From Pseudomonadota bacterium (GTDB lineage Bacteria > Bdellovibrionota_C > UBA2361 > OMII01): a stretch of 57,302 nucleotides of DNA. The notes beneath the pieces are model-generated. The model saw nothing but the letters and a program-made list of their open reading frames with translations. It did not search any database and was not told where the DNA came from. The DNA is taken from NCBI GenBank assembly GCA_038134595.1, contig JAYPVM010000013.1:1-57302 (forward strand), given 5' to 3'. The first letter of the stretch is position 1. Every line of letters starts with the position of its first letter. Positions 9,202 to 20,397 of the stretch are shown here, one piece after another. A program made the translations under genes and the position numbers.

Positions 9202-11028
9202 CTACCTATCCCGACCAAACCATTTCTCTACAGCATCACGAGAAAATTGCGCTACCACAGGCCGTCCATGTGGGCAGGCTCCCGACATAAAAACAGCATC
9301 CAGCTGCTCAAAGAGTGCATATGCCTCTTGGCGATTGACAGCATCCCCAGAACGCACACTAGCATGACATGCAACCCGAGCTGCAATATGATCGATACGT
9401 TCCTCTACGCGCTCCTGCCATCCCGCCACAACAGGCTCGGCAGCTAAGTCTCTAACAAGCGCACTGCAATTGACGTGAGATAACACACTCGGAACAGCTT
9501 TAATTTCAATCTTCTGGGCATCTACTTCTTTGAGATCAAAGCCTAAGGCGCGAATCAGTTCGATCTGTTCTGTCAGATTATTCACCTGCTCGTAAGGCAA
9601 GGCCACTATCTGAGGAATCAATAACGGCTGGGGAGTTAATTCCTTTCGCGAATACGCTTCACGAATGTGGGTGTAATTAACCCTTTCATGAGCAGCATGC
9701 ATATCTACAACCACAAAACTCTCTTGCCATTCACACAATAAATAACAACCCAGGATTTGTCCCACATAGCGGAGATCTGAGAATCTAAACGCCGGTACCA
9801 TTGTGGTATCATCACCTGTATCTGATAGCGACTCTGTATTCTTTGAAGCAAAAGCCTCATACCTGTCCACATTCGACCGCACAAATGATTCTTGGGAAAA
9901 AAGAGGGGTCGGCGTCACGGGAGCTTTCCGAACATCCATCTCGGCCGAAAAACTCCCCTCGACAATGCTACTCCTTACGTCATGGCTAGCAGTTGGTTGA
10001 GGTTTTTCCACCATTGAAGGCGCTGTCGAGGTTCTACCTACCTGAACAGGCCTCTGCAATCCTCGAAGCCCCGAAAGAATCGCCCCTCTAACTACCGCAA
10101 AAATCTGATTGGGATGTCGAAATCGAACTTCACTCTTTTGAGGATGGACATTAACATCGACGAACTCCCCGCTAACTTCCAGCGCGATAAAGCCAGTCGG
10201 GAATTCTCTATCTTTTAACATAGAGTCGTATCCCTCTCTAACGGCACGAAGAATCACTCTATCTGTTACAAGTCTCCCATTTACCAAGATAACAAGCCCC
10301 GAAGCATCCGATAGAGCCTCACCTGGATGGCTAACCATAGCTTGAACCCGAACTCCCCCTTCACTTAAATCACATGAGAGCAATTCCGATGAAAATACAT
10401 CCTTAGCACGCTCTACTATCGATCCAACCGGTCGGAGGTGAAGGATTTCGTCACCATCAGACACAAGACGATATCGAACATTCGGATGAGACAACGAAGA
10501 ATGTGCGAGCCACGTTCGAGTTCGCGCCAATTCACTCTTTGGCGATTTTAGAAATTTCCGACGAGCAGGCGTATTAAAGAAAAGATGTTCAACCTCTATC
10601 TCGGTCCCCTGACTCCACGGCACAGACTCTACATTCATCAAACGACCGCCTCGAAATACAACTTGCGTTCCGATATCCGAATTCTGTTCTTTTGTGCGCA
10701 ACTGAACCTTTGAAACAGCCGCTATAGAAGCCAGTGCTTCGCCCCGAAACCCCATCGTAACGATACCGGTAAGGTCATCAATCGCAGAAACCTTAGAGGT
10801 GGCGTGCCGCTCAAATGCCAGAATCGCATCATCCTTCGCCATTCCATCCCCGTTATCACGAACTTTTAACCGGCTATTTCCGCCTCCCTGTAATGTGACA
10901 AAAATATCGGTCGCTCCTGCGTCAATCGCATTATCAACAAGCTCTCGCACAACACCTGAAGGACGATCAACTACCTCTCCCGCAGCGATTTGATTGATGA
11001 CTGAATCCGAAAGAACTTTAATCTTCAT
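9202..11028 (-). CDS. mutL: DNA mismatch repair endonuclease MutL
   Basis: NQIAAGEVV, GFRGEAL, DVNVHPQK, DMHAAHER and CPHGRP. ATG at 11028 overlaps the upstream TAA (TAATG). Confidence 0.98.
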   Translation of the reverse strand: MKIKVLSDSVINQIAAGEVVDRPSGVVRELVDNAIDAGATDIFVTLQGGGNSRLKVRDNGDGMAKDDAILAFERHATSKVSAIDDLTGIVTMGFRGEALASIAAVSKVQLRTKEQNSDIGTQVVFRGGRLMNVESVPWSQGTEIEVEHLFFNTPARRKFLKSPKSELARTRTWLAHSSLSHPNVRYRLVSDGDEILHLRPVGSIVERAKDVFSSELLSCDLSEGGVRVQAMVSHPGEALSDASGLVILVNGRLVTDRVILRAVREGYDSMLKDREFPTGFIALEVSGEFVDVNVHPQKSEVRFRHPNQIFAVVRGAILSGLRGLQRPVQVGRTSTAPSMVEKPQPTASHDVRSSIVEGSFSAEMDVRKAPVTPTPLFSQESFVRSNVDRYEAFASKNTESLSDTGDDTTMVPAFRFSDLRYVGQILGCYLLCEWQESFVVVDMHAAHERVNYTHIREAYSRKELTPQPLLIPQIVALPYEQVNNLTEQIELIRALGFDLKEVDAQKIEIKAVPSVLSHVNCSALVRDLAAEPVVAGWQERVEERIDHIAARVACHASVRSGDAVNRQEAYALFEQLDAVFMSGACPHGRPVVAQFSRDAVEKWFGRDR

Positions 11029-12119
11029 TATTCCCACTTTGGTACGATAGACACACGTCGCTCTACCCCGTAGCCCCCCCCTGTTCGTACGGTCAGAGCA
11101 ATTACTTCTCCACGCTTAACCCTCGAAACTTTTCTCTCTACCTCGTCTCGGGAGTGGACGCGCTCGCCTTGCACTGCAAACACAAGATCGGCCCGTTCAA
11201 TATCTCTTCGATATCCCCGAACAAAGGCTCCATTGGTAAATATTCGCTCAATCGGCCTGATGCCTGCGCTTTCAGCGGCTCCGCCAGGAGTCAATCGCAA
11301 AACCATTGGCCCTTGATCTGTGTCTACAAGTTGCCAGCCAATTTGCACGTGCCTGACTTTACCTGTCGTGAGAAGCTCCGGTAATATCCGAGTGATATCG
11401 TTAATTGGAACTGCAAATCCCACCCCAGCCGAGTCTCCTGATTGACTTAAAATAGCAGTGTTAATCCCTATCAAACGTCCATCAGCATCAAGAAGAGGCC
11501 CCCCAGAGTTGCCCGGATTGATAGCTGCGTCAGTTTGAATTAAGTTTTTTAATACAGCGCCACCCGCTGTTTTCATACTCCGATCAAGCGAGGAAACAAT
11601 TCCTGTCGTCAAACTACGGTAGAGCCCGAACGGATTTCCAATAGCGAGCACTCGTTGTCCCACTTCAAGTTGCGAAGAATCTCCATACGGAATACCTCTT
11701 AGTCCGGAGGGAACCTTGGAAAGCTTGAGGGCAGCAATATCACTCTCTGAGTCAAAACCGATAAGTTTTGCTGGTACTGTCCGACCATTGGCCAGCATAA
11801 TCTCTACACTTCCCCCCGAGCCTAAGGCACTTTCAATTACATGCAGGCTAGTAATTACAATCCCCTTTGAACCATCAATGACCGTGCCTGTTCCAGTCCC
11901 CTCTTGCGGCCGAATCTCATCAAAGAAAGCAAACGGATCGACAACATAGGTTCGTGTTGTTATGAACACCACCGACTGATTGGCAGCCTTGTATACATCT
12001 ATCGTTTTCTGCTCCTCGGCTGTTCGTGTTGCAAGCATTCCTATCTGTTGCGAATACGCTACAGACCAGTGACTGAGCAATAAAAGCACCCAAAGAAGCC
12101 GAGTTATTCCACTATTCAA
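11028..12119 (-). CDS. HtrA/DegP-like S1C serine protease with signal peptide and one PDZ domain
   Basis: Triad motifs TSLHV, DIA and GNSGG; IGNPFGL and IQTDAAIN. Hydrophobic N-terminus. Confidence 0.93.
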   Translation of the reverse strand: MNSGITRLLWVLLLLSHWSVAYSQQIGMLATRTAEEQKTIDVYKAANQSVVFITTRTYVVDPFAFFDEIRPQEGTGTGTVIDGSKGIVITSLHVIESALGSGGSVEIMLANGRTVPAKLIGFDSESDIAALKLSKVPSGLRGIPYGDSSQLEVGQRVLAIGNPFGLYRSLTTGIVSSLDRSMKTAGGAVLKNLIQTDAAINPGNSGGPLLDADGRLIGINTAILSQSGDSAGVGFAVPINDITRILPELLTTGKVRHVQIGWQLVDTDQGPMVLRLTPGGAAESAGIRPIERIFTNGAFVRGYRRDIERADLVFAVQGERVHSRDEVERKVSRVKRGEVIALTVRTGGGYGVERRVSIVPKWE

Positions 12120-12121
12120 TG

Positions 12122-14329
12122 CTATCCTTTGTCTTTGTTAGATCCGCTATCTCGGTTAGCCCCTCTCTCTCGACCCGTGCGCGGTAGATGCTTAACCCGT
12201 TCTACTTTAATAACCCCCGGAACCATTTCAATACTACGCTTGATTCGATTCAACTGATCTGCACTTTCAACGCTTATTTCAAAACCTATAGAAGCTCTGC
12301 CATGTTCGGTTCTAATCTGAGCACTATTGATATTAGCGCCCTGTCCTGTGACAGCTTGAGAAACCGCGGCCAAAAGTCCCATTTGGTCTTGAGAATGAAC
12401 GGTAATTTGAACACGACGAATTCGTTTTGACTCTACATCCCAATCAACATCTACTTGGCGCAGTGAATCACTGTTTAAGACTTGGGGACAATCTGCATAA
12501 TGGATGGTAACTCCTCTTCCCCGCGTAATAAAGCCAACGATGCGATCCCCTGGTAACGGCTGGCAGCATTTTGCAAAACGAATAAGAATATTATCCAAGC
12601 CAGATACACGCACTCCTATCTGCTCCTTACTGGCCTGAGCGGCTCTATGAAAAATCCTCTGAAGTGGGCTTGGCTCTTCTTCAGCTTTAGCCGATGGTGA
12701 TTTATCCTCAGGAAGAAACTTTGCTATCACTTTCGAGGAACTGATTTTGCCGTATCCCAGTGATGCAAATAACTCCCCTGTTGACTTAAAGCCCAACTCG
12801 TTGGCCACCTCAAGTAGTCGTCCTGCTTTGTCGAGCTTTTTCAAGCTCAACTTGACTTTGCGCATATCCTTCGTTAGCAGATCCATGCCAAGAGCCATAG
12901 AACGCGCATGTTCTTCCGCTTTCAAAAAGACTCGAATCCTCTGCTTTGCCTTCGATGACCGTACAAAGCGCAACCAATCCTTGCTGGGCACATGAGACTT
13001 GGAAGTTACAACCTCAACGGTATCTCCATTGGATAACTTGTAATCAAGCGCAACCATTTGGCCATTAACTCGCGCACCGATAGTTCGGTGACCGACATCC
13101 GTATGAACTGAATATGCAAAATCAACCGGTGTAGAACCAAACGCAAGTCGTACCAGATCTCCCTTAGGGGTGAAAACAAACACTTCTTCGGGATACAACT
13201 CTCCCTTAACAGATTGAATAAACTCATCTGGATTTTTCAAATAGGCTTGCGTTTCAACAAGCTCTTTTACCCATTGCAAATTAAATGCCGGGGCCGCATC
13301 ACCCTCTTTATAGCGCCAGTGCGCGGCGATACCTTCCTCAGCAACACGATTCATCTCCGGCGTTCGAATTTGTATCTCTATTTTTTGCCCTTCAGGTCCA
13401 ATAAGAGTGGTATGCAAGGACTGATACATGTTGGGCTTTGGCATCGCGATGTAATCCTTAAACCGTCCCGGCACAGGCTTCCATGTCGAATGAACAACCC
13501 CTAACGCCTCGTAACAGGCGCGAACAGAGGGCACTAGCACGCGAAAACCGAGCAAGTCATGGACCTGTTCAAATGACAGATTTGATTTCTCCATCTTTTG
13601 CCAAATTGAATACAGGTGCTTACCACGGCCTTTTACCGATGCCGATATACCTGACTCACTCAAAGTCTTCTGGATAGTTTCTACAGCTCTCTCGACATAT
13701 TTATCTCGCCCCGGAGCAGTTTTCTTGAGGAAAGAATTTATCTGTGCGTGCAATTCAGGACGAAGGGATAGCAAACAGAGGTCCTCTAATTCAGATTTCA
13801 GCCAGTGAATACCCAGCCTATTAGCTAACGGTGCGTATATTTCCTGTGTTTCCAGTGCGACTCGTCTTCGCTTCTCGTCACTAAAGAAGGTGAGCGTTCG
13901 CATATTGTGTAGCCGGTCACAGAGCTTGACCAGAATAACGCGAATATCTTTCGCCATAGCAAGAAGCATCTTTCGGAAATTCTCAGCCTGCTTCTCCTCT
14001 CTCGATTCGAACTCAATCCTGGTAAGTTTTGTTACACCTTCGACGATATCAGCAACTTCTTCTCCAAATTCTCGAACCACATCCTCCCGTTCGACATTGC
14101 AGTCCTCAATCGTATCATGGAGCAACGAGGCAATTACCGATGGCTCGTCAAGCTTTAGTTGACAAACCAACAGAGAGGTTTCCTGAACGTGATTAAAAAA
14201 CGGCTCGCCAGAGGCGCGCACCTGCCCAGAATGTGCCTCCTTAGCGAATTCGTATGCTTTCTTTAGAGTTTCAATATCTGGGCTTGGGTGATACTTCTGC
14301 AAAGCCTCCGCTATCCGTTCGAAGGACAT
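12122..14329 (-). CDS. rel: Bifunctional (p)ppGpp synthetase/hydrolase, RelA/SpoT family
   Basis: Intact HD motif LLHDTIED, RFKDY..PKPNMYQSLHT, TGS domain, AKCCQP and C-terminal ACT domain. Confidence 0.97.
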   Translation of the reverse strand: MSFERIAEALQKYHPSPDIETLKKAYEFAKEAHSGQVRASGEPFFNHVQETSLLVCQLKLDEPSVIASLLHDTIEDCNVEREDVVREFGEEVADIVEGVTKLTRIEFESREEKQAENFRKMLLAMAKDIRVILVKLCDRLHNMRTLTFFSDEKRRRVALETQEIYAPLANRLGIHWLKSELEDLCLLSLRPELHAQINSFLKKTAPGRDKYVERAVETIQKTLSESGISASVKGRGKHLYSIWQKMEKSNLSFEQVHDLLGFRVLVPSVRACYEALGVVHSTWKPVPGRFKDYIAMPKPNMYQSLHTTLIGPEGQKIEIQIRTPEMNRVAEEGIAAHWRYKEGDAAPAFNLQWVKELVETQAYLKNPDEFIQSVKGELYPEEVFVFTPKGDLVRLAFGSTPVDFAYSVHTDVGHRTIGARVNGQMVALDYKLSNGDTVEVVTSKSHVPSKDWLRFVRSSKAKQRIRVFLKAEEHARSMALGMDLLTKDMRKVKLSLKKLDKAGRLLEVANELGFKSTGELFASLGYGKISSSKVIAKFLPEDKSPSAKAEEEPSPLQRIFHRAAQASKEQIGVRVSGLDNILIRFAKCCQPLPGDRIVGFITRGRGVTIHYADCPQVLNSDSLRQVDVDWDVESKRIRRVQITVHSQDQMGLLAAVSQAVTGQGANINSAQIRTEHGRASIGFEISVESADQLNRIKRSIEMVPGVIKVERVKHLPRTGRERGANRDSGSNKDKG

Positions 14330-14424
14330 AGCCTCTACCCCCTCACCTCTTGCAAATTAGGACTATTGGGCTTCCAGTAGAAACTGGGTCGTTTCCAATA
14401 GAACGCGAACATCCCGCCCGCATG

Positions 14425-14925
14425 CTACACTTGCTCATCTTCTACTTTTTCAGCCGAATTTTCGACGGTTTCTTCGTCTAGCGCATCTGTATTATCGCCA
14501 CTAGCCTCTGAGTCACTCTCATCTTCTTCGCTGCTATCGTCACTATCATCAGCGTTGGCACTAATCGGCCCTGGCTGCATTAGCGTTTCTCGCAAGAAAT
14601 CAAGCGAACTCGTATCAGCTCCATCCCCAAACAAATTGGAGGCGACTTCTTTTGCAGGATGCTGTTCAGCAATACGTGCTGCACGTTCCTGTTCGGCCAA
14701 CAGAGCCTGCTGTTCCTCGAAAGCCTTAGCTTCTTCAGCCGTCATGAAACGAACGCACCCATCCGCAATCTCCCGCAGAGCTGTTACCACCGCCTTGTTT
14801 CGTCGGTCTTCTATCTGCGCAGAAGATCCCTGTAGTAATTGCTTGGTTCTCTTGGAAGCAAGCTGAACGAGCGCAAATCGGTTATTCTCCTGAACCAAAC
14901 AATCTTCTACCGTTATCCTTGCCAT
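14425..14925 (-). CDS. rpoZ: RNA polymerase omega subunit with long acidic C-terminal tail
   Basis: [18 protein letters not shown] and [11 protein letters not shown]. Lies upstream of rel. Confidence 0.96.
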   Translation of the reverse strand: MARITVEDCLVQENNRFALVQLASKRTKQLLQGSSAQIEDRRNKAVVTALREIADGCVRFMTAEEAKAFEEQQALLAEQERAARIAEQHPAKEVASNLFGDGADTSSLDFLRETLMQPGPISANADDSDDSSEEDESDSEASGDNTDALDEETVENSAEKVEDEQV

Positions 14926-15381
14926 AAAAACTCCGTGCCTAAAACAACTATCTATCAGTTTAAACTATCAAAAGACTACGCTACGGTATTCTTTATACTT
15001 AATCCTTTAACTCAGACCATTTACTCTCTAATCTACACCACAAAAAGCCTACGAGATCCCAATCAAGATTTCCCGCGTGTAGATGCACAGCAAAATACTG
15101 TGCGTACGGGGTCGATAATCCGGGGGGGCATCCTCTTCGCTGAGCTTCTTTCCATCTGCAAAGAATATCTTTCTGCCACCCTAAACCCGCACCGTGGAAA
15201 GGTTACCAAAGCCATAAGTATGTGTAAATGCCCGACCCCATAGGTTAAATTAGCAGAATACATGAAAATGCTTCACAGGAGGTAGTAAAAACGACAAATA
15301 CTTGATGTAATATCAATCGCTTATAAGAACACAGCTAGATCTTGGACTAACAAGACCGAGTAAACTAAAATCCCGCGTAAG

Positions 15382-15942
15382 ATGGACCCAGACAAAACTC
15401 AAAACTATCAGAGCCGAAATGGACAGCCTCAACAAGAGGCGGTCGATAGCTCTATGTCTGCATCTCTACCATCTCTCAGTTTCAAAGAAATCAACAACCT
15501 CAGACATCGCTTACAGGCACTGAGAACAACCATCGAAAATTTCGGTGAAAAGATTGCTGATGTTGTTTGCAATCGACTTGATAATCCTCCAGACGCCAAC
15601 ACATTCCCACTTAATCATGATTCGCTCAGAATTGCCTTCGAAGCCCTGCAAATATTTAAGGAGAATATAGAAAAATTTGCCGACATTATTCCGATGCTCA
15701 CACAGGAAGCTTCGCCTATCATAACGGGCGTTCAAGAACACTTAGAGCAACTTCAAGTTTTAAGCACCGACTGGAATGGCACCAGTGAACCCAACACCGA
15801 ACTCAAAACCTTAAGTTCCAATATTAGACGACTTCTCTCTTCTGACACTGAGCTACTCACACCTCAAATACGATCTCTACTAATTGAGATTGAGTTCACA
15901 AGAGACAACGGAACCGACACCGTCGGCACAGATATCATTTAG
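15382..15942 (+). CDS. Hypothetical protein (likely helical), convergent with and overlapping the carB 3' end
   Basis: 186-aa ATG-started ORF, mostly in otherwise empty space. No family motif recognised. Confidence 0.6.
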   Translation: MDPDKTQNYQSRNGQPQQEAVDSSMSASLPSLSFKEINNLRHRLQALRTTIENFGEKIADVVCNRLDNPPDANTFPLNHDSLRIAFEALQIFKENIEKFADIIPMLTQEASPIITGVQEHLEQLQVLSTDWNGTSEPNTELKTLSSNIRRLLSSDTELLTPQIRSLLIEIEFTRDNGTDTVGTDII

Positions 15943-18900
15943 CTCCATAACATATTCCTGTACCGACTTGACGCTAATGTGATCTCCAGAGCGCACAAGC
16001 TCCAAGGCTTCACCTAGAGCCTGGGCGGCCGCAATGGTAGTATAGGTTGGGATCTTTAATTCATTAGCAACCAAGCGAATTGACTTTGAGTCCATGACCG
16101 TCTGCCATCCCTCGGGTGTGTTTATAACAAGATCAATTTTGCGAGCGCCCAAAAAATCCACGATGTGAGGCGACCCCTCTCGAACTTTGTTTACCACCTG
16201 CGCTTCGATGCCGTTATCTTGTAGACATTTCGCCGTTCCCCGAGTTGCTACCAACTCATAGCCTAGCGAAATTAACTGGCGGGCAATCGCGGGGAGTTGA
16301 GCTTTATCCTGTTCTCGGACACTTAAGAACACCCTCCCAGAAACGGGTAGATCTTGGTTTGAGGCCAATTGACTCTTTGCAAATGCACCCGCAAAAGATG
16401 CGTGAACACCCATAACCTCACCTGTCGACTTCATCTCAGGACCTAACACAGTATCGACTCCCGGGAACTTCGAAAACGGAAATACCGAAGCTTTTACTGC
16501 AACATATCCTTCCGGAACGACTTCCGAGACTCCCATGGCTTGCAGTGACTTGCCGGCCATGACCCGACTAGCCACCTTGGCCCATGGAATCCCCGTGGCT
16601 TTACTTACAAAGGGTACCGTGCGAGACGCGCGGGGATTGACTTCCAAAATATAAACATCCCCTGCACTCGTGACAGCGAATTGGATATTCATCAGACCAA
16701 CAACCTCTAACTCTCGTGATAGCTGCACAGCTTGCAAACGAAGGGTATTAATCGTCTCAGTTGACAAGCTCTGCGGCGGCAAACAACATGAACTATCTCC
16801 TGAATGAATTCCGGCCGGTTCAATATGCTCCATTACACCTGCAATAACTACGTCCGTGCCGTCACTGACAACATCTACATCGACTTCAATAGCGCCCTCG
16901 AGAAATCTATCAAGCAAGACAGGTCGATCATGAGAGACCTCGATCCCCTCCTCCATGTAACTCACAATCTCTTCGACAGAGTATACAATTCTCATCGCTC
17001 GTCCACCGAGAACAAACGACGGTCGAATCATGAGAGGAAATCCAAGCTTTTTGCCAACAGCCACAGCCTCATCGGAAGAACGTGCTGTTGAGAACGGAGG
17101 TTGCCTTAAGCCCAACCTTGAAATCAAATCAGAAAAACGCTCTCTATCCTCGGCGATATCAATAGACTCGACAGAAGTGCCGATAATCGGCACCCCTAAC
17201 GAAGATAACTCCTGAGAGATTCGAAGAGGTGTTTGTCCACCAAACTGAACAATAACTCCATCTGGCCTCTCTCGCTCAATAATCTCCAAAACGGTCTCAA
17301 CTCGGAGTGGTTCAAAATACAGCCGATCACTTGTGTCATAATCAGTCGAGACGGTCTCTGGATTACAGTTAATCATAATCGTCTCATAGTCGTCATCCTG
17401 TAGCGCCATCGAAGCATGTACACAGCAATAATCGAATTCAATACCTTGGCCAATACGATTAGGACCTGCTCCAAGAATGACGATTTTCTTTCTATCAGTA
17501 GGGTACGCCTCAGACGAACCATCATACGTTGAGTATAAATACGGTGTGAACGCTTCAAACTCTGCCGCGCACGTATCCACCGATTTAAACGAGGGCCTCA
17601 CTCCCAGCGCCCACCGCCTTTCACGCACCTCACGTTCAGATACGTTCAATAAGACGGCCAAACGCTTATCGGCAAACCCCATCGACTTAAGCTCCCTAAG
17701 GAACACTTCATCGATATCAGCCAATGCTTGGCCCCGAAGCAACTCTTCAGACTTGATGATTTCCTCAAAATGTTGCAGAAACCACGGGTCTATCTTCGTT
17801 ACCTGAAAAACATCGTGCACCGATGCTCCTCGCCTGAGAGCTTCCCCAACAAACCATATCCTCCTCGCGGAAGGCACACGACAGGCATCAAGAATCTCTT
17901 GAGTGCCAAGCGAAGCCACTAACTTTTCAGCATCAAAGCCCTCAGAGCCAAGCTCCATAGACCCAAGTGCTTTTTGAAAAGCCTCTGAAAAAGTCCTACC
18001 AAAAGAAAGCACTTCCCCCACCGACTTCATCTGCGTTCCCAACGTCGCATCAGCCAACGGAAATTTCTCAAAATTAAATCTCGGTATCTTCACAACCACA
18101 TAGTCTATCGAAGGCTCAAAACAAGCTGGCGTTTCCTTTGTTATGTCATTTTGAATCTCATCGAGTGTATACCCAACGGCAAGACGAGCTGCGATTTTGG
18201 CAATCGGAAATCCGGTTGCCTTCGACGCAAGCGCAGAACTACGAGAGACTCGTGGATTCATCTCAATAACAATAATCCTTCCATCCTGCGGATTCAGTGC
18301 AAACTGGACGTTTGATCCCCCGGTATCAACACCGATTCTACGAATAACCTTCAAACTCGCATCGCGCAGCAATTGATATTCTTTATCTGTAAGGGTTTGT
18401 ATCGGTGCAACCGTTATAGAATCTCCCGTATGCACCCCCATCGGATCAATATTTTCGATACCACAGACAATAACAACATTGTCGTTCTTGTCTCGCATAA
18501 CTTCTAGCTCAATCTCCTTCCAGCCGAGCAGGGATTCTTCAATCAATACTTCGTGATTTGGACTTGCAGCTAGGGCTATCGAGACCTTACGGTGTAATTC
18601 ATCATGACTCTCTACGATTCCCCCTCCTGTTCCACCCAGAGTTCGAGACGGTCTCAGAATAAGAGGGTACCCCAGCTTTTCGGCCGCCATTTCACCCTGA
18701 TCGATAGATGTCACTATCATTGAGCGAGCAGATTCTAACCCTATCTCTTCCATCGCGCTTCGAAACAACTCGCGATCTTCGGCCGTTTTAATTGATTCAA
18801 CATTGGCTCCAATCAGCTCGCATCCATACCGTTCAAAGACCCCTCGTTCAGCAAGTTCAAGCGCTGTGTTGAGTGCTGTCTGTCCTCCCATCGTCGGCAA

Positions 18901-19158
18901 CACAGCATCGGGACGCTCTTTTTTGATGATTTCCTCCACATAATCTGCAGTGATTGGCTCAATGTATGTCCTATCTGCAAACTCTGGATCGGTCATAATC
19001 GTTGCCGGATTCGAGTTGACCAGGATTACTCGATACCCCTCCTTCTTCAATGCCTTTACAGCCTGCGTCCCTGAGTAATCAAATTCACAAGCCTGGCCTA
19101 TCACAATTGGGCCCGAACCTATCAGCAGAATTGATTTAATATCCTCTCTCTTTGGCAT
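15880..19158 (-). CDS. carB: Carbamoyl-phosphate synthase large subunit
   Basis: [30 protein letters not shown], duplicated ATP-grasp domains and a C-terminal MGS domain. Confidence 0.99.
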   Translation of the reverse strand: MPKREDIKSILLIGSGPIVIGQACEFDYSGTQAVKALKKEGYRVILVNSNPATIMTDPEFADRTYIEPITADYVEEIIKKERPDAVLPTMGGQTALNTALELAERGVFERYGCELIGANVESIKTAEDRELFRSAMEEIGLESARSMIVTSIDQGEMAAEKLGYPLILRPSRTLGGTGGGIVESHDELHRKVSIALAASPNHEVLIEESLLGWKEIELEVMRDKNDNVVIVCGIENIDPMGVHTGDSITVAPIQTLTDKEYQLLRDASLKVIRRIGVDTGGSNVQFALNPQDGRIIVIEMNPRVSRSSALASKATGFPIAKIAARLAVGYTLDEIQNDITKETPACFEPSIDYVVVKIPRFNFEKFPLADATLGTQMKSVGEVLSFGRTFSEAFQKALGSMELGSEGFDAEKLVASLGTQEILDACRVPSARRIWFVGEALRRGASVHDVFQVTKIDPWFLQHFEEIIKSEELLRGQALADIDEVFLRELKSMGFADKRLAVLLNVSEREVRERRWALGVRPSFKSVDTCAAEFEAFTPYLYSTYDGSSEAYPTDRKKIVILGAGPNRIGQGIEFDYCCVHASMALQDDDYETIMINCNPETVSTDYDTSDRLYFEPLRVETVLEIIERERPDGVIVQFGGQTPLRISQELSSLGVPIIGTSVESIDIAEDRERFSDLISRLGLRQPPFSTARSSDEAVAVGKKLGFPLMIRPSFVLGGRAMRIVYSVEEIVSYMEEGIEVSHDRPVLLDRFLEGAIEVDVDVVSDGTDVVIAGVMEHIEPAGIHSGDSSCCLPPQSLSTETINTLRLQAVQLSRELEVVGLMNIQFAVTSAGDVYILEVNPRASRTVPFVSKATGIPWAKVASRVMAGKSLQAMGVSEVVPEGYVAVKASVFPFSKFPGVDTVLGPEMKSTGEVMGVHASFAGAFAKSQLASNQDLPVSGRVFLSVREQDKAQLPAIARQLISLGYELVATRGTAKCLQDNGIEAQVVNKVREGSPHIVDFLGARKIDLVINTPEGWQTVMDSKSIRLVANELKIPTYTTIAAAQALGEALELVRSGDHISVKSVQEYVMELNDICADGVGSVVSCELNLN

Positions 19159-19183
19159 GACTTCTCTCTATCTATTACAAATC

Positions 19184-20365
19184 CTACACTCTTCCCGCAT
19201 TACCGATAACTACGTCGTAAAAACGCTGAAAGAGATACTGTGAATCATGAGGGCCCGGCGAGGCTTCCGGATGATACTGCACCGAAAATGCTCTTGCATC
19301 TGGCGCTTCAATCCCCTCCACTGTGTGGTCATTGAGATTTATATGGCTCACCATACTCTCGCTTCTCAGCCCCTCTTTACTCACCGCAAAGCCGTGGTTC
19401 TGGACGGTAATTTCAACTTTTCCAGTTTTTTCATCGCGCACCGGATGATTGCCACCTCGATGCCCAAATTTCAACTTGTACGTCTTCGCACCAAGAGCTT
19501 GTGACAAAATTTGATGTCCCAAACATATCCCAAACATTGGCACTTTACCCAAAAGATCTCGAACCGGATCTACTACATATCCTAGCGTTGCTGGGTCTCC
19601 TGGTCCATTTGATAGAAATACTCCATCCGGCCGAAGCGCTGAAATATCTGCAGATGAAGTTCTTGCAGGCACAACCGTCACTCGAAATCCCACCTGTACC
19701 AATAGTCGGAGGATATTCGACTTAACGCCACAATCGATTGCCACAACATGTGGACGAGTCATCAGCTTTTCTTGTGACAACTCTCTTTTATTTCCAGACT
19801 GCAGTGACCACGGAAGTTTATTCCAAGAATATGACTCCTTGCACGATACGTGTTGGACATAATCTCTTCCCTCCATAGAACCGAGCGCTCGGGCCTGATC
19901 GATTAAAGCACTCACCGAAACTCCATCCCCTCCAGCCATCACGGCCATCTGAGAGCCGTTATCGCGAAGGTGCATAACCAAAGCACGCGTGTCGATCCCC
20001 TCAACTCCCATCACGCCGTTTTTGTGCAAATACTCCGGGAGACTTACGGTAGACCGAAAATTAGATGGTGTCTTCGTTGCCGCGCGAACCACGACCCCCT
20101 CCGTGTAGATGCGATTTGCCTCAACATCTTCCTCATTGCATCCGACATTTCCAATGTGTGGATATGTAAAGCTCATGATCTGACCGGCATAACTCGGGTC
20201 TGTCAGTATTTCTTGGTAACCATACATCGAAGTATTAAATACCGCCTCTCCACATACCGCATCTGATTCTCCACGCAGAGCCCCAAAGCAGTAACCGGTA
20301 AAAACTGTACCATCAGCCAGAGCTATATATCCCTTCTCTCCTGTTGCTTGCGGCTTTCGAATCAT
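19184..20365 (-). CDS. carA: Carbamoyl-phosphate synthase small subunit
   Basis: GYQEILTDPSY, SNGPGDP, GICLGHQ and QYHPEASPGPHD. Confidence 0.99.
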   Translation of the reverse strand: MIRKPQATGEKGYIALADGTVFTGYCFGALRGESDAVCGEAVFNTSMYGYQEILTDPSYAGQIMSFTYPHIGNVGCNEEDVEANRIYTEGVVVRAATKTPSNFRSTVSLPEYLHKNGVMGVEGIDTRALVMHLRDNGSQMAVMAGGDGVSVSALIDQARALGSMEGRDYVQHVSCKESYSWNKLPWSLQSGNKRELSQEKLMTRPHVVAIDCGVKSNILRLLVQVGFRVTVVPARTSSADISALRPDGVFLSNGPGDPATLGYVVDPVRDLLGKVPMFGICLGHQILSQALGAKTYKLKFGHRGGNHPVRDEKTGKVEITVQNHGFAVSKEGLRSESMVSHINLNDHTVEGIEAPDARAFSVQYHPEASPGPHDSQYLFQRFYDVVIGNAGRV

Positions 20366-20397
20366 CTCTTAATCTACTCCCAATTCAAGTAATAGCT

